Shown: in pieces, positions 62,420-64,000 of the stretch | Layout of the letters: each line of letters begins with the position of its first letter | Numbering within the stretch: the stretch's first letter is position 1 | NCBI GenBank assembly: GCA_031378375.1 | Contig: JANNEF010000105.1 | Span: 693 to 64,692, forward strand | Origin: Verrucomicrobiota bacterium | GTDB lineage: Bacteria; Verrucomicrobiota; Verrucomicrobiia; Limisphaerales; JANNEF01 | Length of the DNA stretch: 64,000 nucleotides | Direction of reading: 5' to 3' | Made by a program: the position numbers and the translations under genes | Notes under the pieces: model-generated | Seen by the model: the letters and a program-made list of their open reading frames with translations, nothing else | What the model was told of the DNA's origin: nothing | Databases searched by the model: none

Positions 62420-63478
62420 TCAGAACTGCCGCAGAAACCGCGCGTCGTTCTCGTAGAACAGCCGGATGTCGGTGATGCCATAGCGAATCATCGCGATGCG
62501 CTCAATGCCGAAGCCGAACGCCCAACCGCTCCACACCTCGGGATCGTAGCCGACCGTCTCAAAAACCTGCGGATGAACCATGCCGCAGCCGGCGATCTCC
62601 AGCCAGTCCTTGCCCATCTTGCGGACGAGCGAACTGGAGAAATCAATTTCGAAGCTCGGCTCAGTGTAGCTGAAGTAGTGCGGCCGGAACCGCAACTTCA
62701 CTTCGTCGCCAAGCAACTCCTTGAAGACAAATTCAACCGTGCCCTTGAGATCGCCGACGGTGACGTTCTTGTCCACGTAAAGCCCCTCGATCTGCTGGAA
62801 GGTCGGGTTGTGCGTCGCGTCGGCGTTGTCGCGGCGATAGACGCGACCCGGCACGATGATGCGCACCGGCGGCGGCTGTTTTTGCATCACGCGGATTTGG
62901 ACGGAACTGGTGTGCGTGCGCAGCAGGAACGGTTTCGGTGCCCCGGCACCCGGCACCGCGCCCGCAGCGGCAGGGGCACCGCTCGCGGAAGACGGGGTCA
63001 GATAAAACGTGTCCTGGGCGTCGCGCGCCGGATGGTCGGCAGGCGTGTTCAACGCATCGAAGCAATGATACTCGTCTTCGATCTCCGGCCCGTCGGCGAC
63101 AACAAACCCAATCTTCCGGAAGCTCCGCACGATGTCGTCGGTCACCTGGGTGAGCGGATGCAGTTTGCCAAGCGGACGACGACGGCCGGGCAACGTGAAG
63201 TCCGTCGGCTCCTTGGGCAGCGCGGCTTGCAATTCCAGTTCGGCGCGGCGGCTGGCGAGCGCCGCTTCGAGTTCAACCTTGGCCACGTTGACGAGCTTGC
63301 CGGCCGCGGGCTTTTCCTCCTTCGGCAGCGCACCCAGTTGTTTGAGCAACGCGGTAAATTTGCCCTGGCTGCCGAGGTAACTGCCCTTGGCTAGATCAAG
63401 GGCGGGGAGGTCGGCGGCGGCTTTCAATTCCGCCAGCGCGGCCTGTTTGAGCGGTTCGATTTCGTTGAGAAATGACAT
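62420..63478 (-). CDS. pheS: Phenylalanine--tRNA ligase alpha subunit
   Basis: Track ORF trimmed to the ATG at 63478 (MSFLNEIEPLKQAALAEL). Class II motifs are present: HPARDAQDTFY, LLRTHTSSVQIR, GRVYRRD, GWAFGFGIERIAMIRYGI. Confidence 0.93.
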   Translation of the reverse strand: MSFLNEIEPLKQAALAELKAAADLPALDLAKGSYLGSQGKFTALLKQLGALPKEEKPAAGKLVNVAKVELEAALASRRAELELQAALPKEPTDFTLPGRRRPLGKLHPLTQVTDDIVRSFRKIGFVVADGPEIEDEYHCFDALNTPADHPARDAQDTFYLTPSSASGAPAAAGAVPGAGAPKPFLLRTHTSSVQIRVMQKQPPPVRIIVPGRVYRRDNADATHNPTFQQIEGLYVDKNVTVGDLKGTVEFVFKELLGDEVKLRFRPHYFSYTEPSFEIDFSSSLVRKMGKDWLEIAGCGMVHPQVFETVGYDPEVWSGWAFGFGIERIAMIRYGITDIRLFYENDARFLRQF

Positions 63479-63575
63479 GCGAATTTGCGCGGGCAGGATA
63501 GTGCAGGCCGGCGGGCCGACCAACAAAAAACGGGCGGCCACTCAAGGCCGCCCGCGTGGTGATTCGAAATTTCGG

Positions 63576-63947
63576 TCAAGCTTTGGCGGCCTTGGTCTTG
63601 AGCGCGGCATGGGCGATCTTGACCAGTTCGGCAAACGCACCGTTGTCCTGCGCGGCGAGGTCGGCCAGCACCTTGCGGTCGAGCGCGACCTGGGCGGCTT
63701 TCAAACCTTCCATGAAACGGCTGTAGGTCATGCCGGCGGCGCGGGCGGAAGCGTTGATACGGATTTGCCAGAGCGCGCGGAAATTGCGCTTCTTGGTCTT
63801 GCGGTCGCGAAAGGCGTAGGCGCGTCCGTGATCCAGCGCGTCAGCGGCGTAGCGGTAAAGTTTGGATCGCTTGAGCCGAAAGCCCTTGGCGGCTTTGAGC
63901 GTGCGGATGCGGCGTTTGCGGGAAGCGGGGGCGTTGGTGACTCGCAT
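63576..63947 (-). CDS. rplT: 50S ribosomal protein L20
   Basis: 123 aa. It has KRRIRTLKAAKGFRLKRSKLYRYA and RDRKTKKRNFRALWQIRINA. It lies upstream of pheS as in the infC-rpmI-rplT-pheST cluster. Confidence 0.93.
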   Translation of the reverse strand: MRVTNAPASRKRRIRTLKAAKGFRLKRSKLYRYAADALDHGRAYAFRDRKTKKRNFRALWQIRINASARAAGMTYSRFMEGLKAAQVALDRKVLADLAAQDNGAFAELVKIAHAALKTKAAKA

Positions 63948-64000
63948 GTCAGTGGAGAGTTATGGGTGGTTGAAAGTGGGCGCGGCGGTTTTGCCTAGTG

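Noticed and set aside
63960-64000. Partial minus-strand ORF end (…GKTAAPTFNHP*) upstream of rplT, possibly rpmI (L35) by synteny
   Set aside because: Only 12 codons are visible and they do not resemble L35 C-termini I remember, so this is insufficient evidence for a feature call.

Overview
GC-rich bacterial chromosomal window. The gene content (PSCyt/DUF1549/DUF1553 protein, Bat/MoxR operon, Ala/Lys/Glu/Pro-rich tails on housekeeping proteins) suggests the PVC superphylum, probably Verrucomicrobiota; this is inference, since no search was possible. All product calls come from motifs read in the supplied translations.

Gene order, left to right:
- ECF sigma / anti-sigma / secreted-protein trio, then hisB and argG.
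- HK - receiver - hybrid-HK phosphorelay, then lpxI.
- pgk-tpiA-secG-oppABC string, an Ada-like protein, and a YfhO-like membrane protein.
- Bat aerotolerance-type operon (moxR, DUF58, DUF4381, batA, batB/C). Its moxR/DUF58 junction is interrupted by two type II TA modules and a CTP-synthase-like amidotransferase gene.
- prs-rplY-pth-rpsF-ssb-rplI, a GNAT gene, a PSD1-family protein, a conserved unknown protein, and ispD.
- A 16-kb nitrate assimilation locus: NasS-like sensor, nrtA-nrtS-nrtB plus two ATPases, porin, narK, FeS/DmsC fusion, nasA, nirA, cysJ-like gene, LysR regulator.
- gatCA, a large secreted DNRLRE/Ig/PQQ-dehydrogenase-like protein, pheS and rplT.

No rRNA, tRNA, CRISPR array, transposase or integrase was recognised.

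The strongest non-standard signals:
1. A family of palindromic elements whose arms are tandem 7/8-nt words. They sit in frame inside four consecutive nitrate/nitrite-reduction genes, and also at gene ends and 5' regions elsewhere in the window.
2. The moxR/DUF58 junction mosaic, in which each TA module is flanked by about 91%-identical duplicates of the interrupted gene ends.
3. An assimilatory-type nitrate reductase paired with a DmsB-DmsC fusion (possible quinol-linked enzyme) and a NirA + CysJ-like pair that share an N-terminal motif.

Many long ORFs in the track are antisense shadow ORFs and were rejected.
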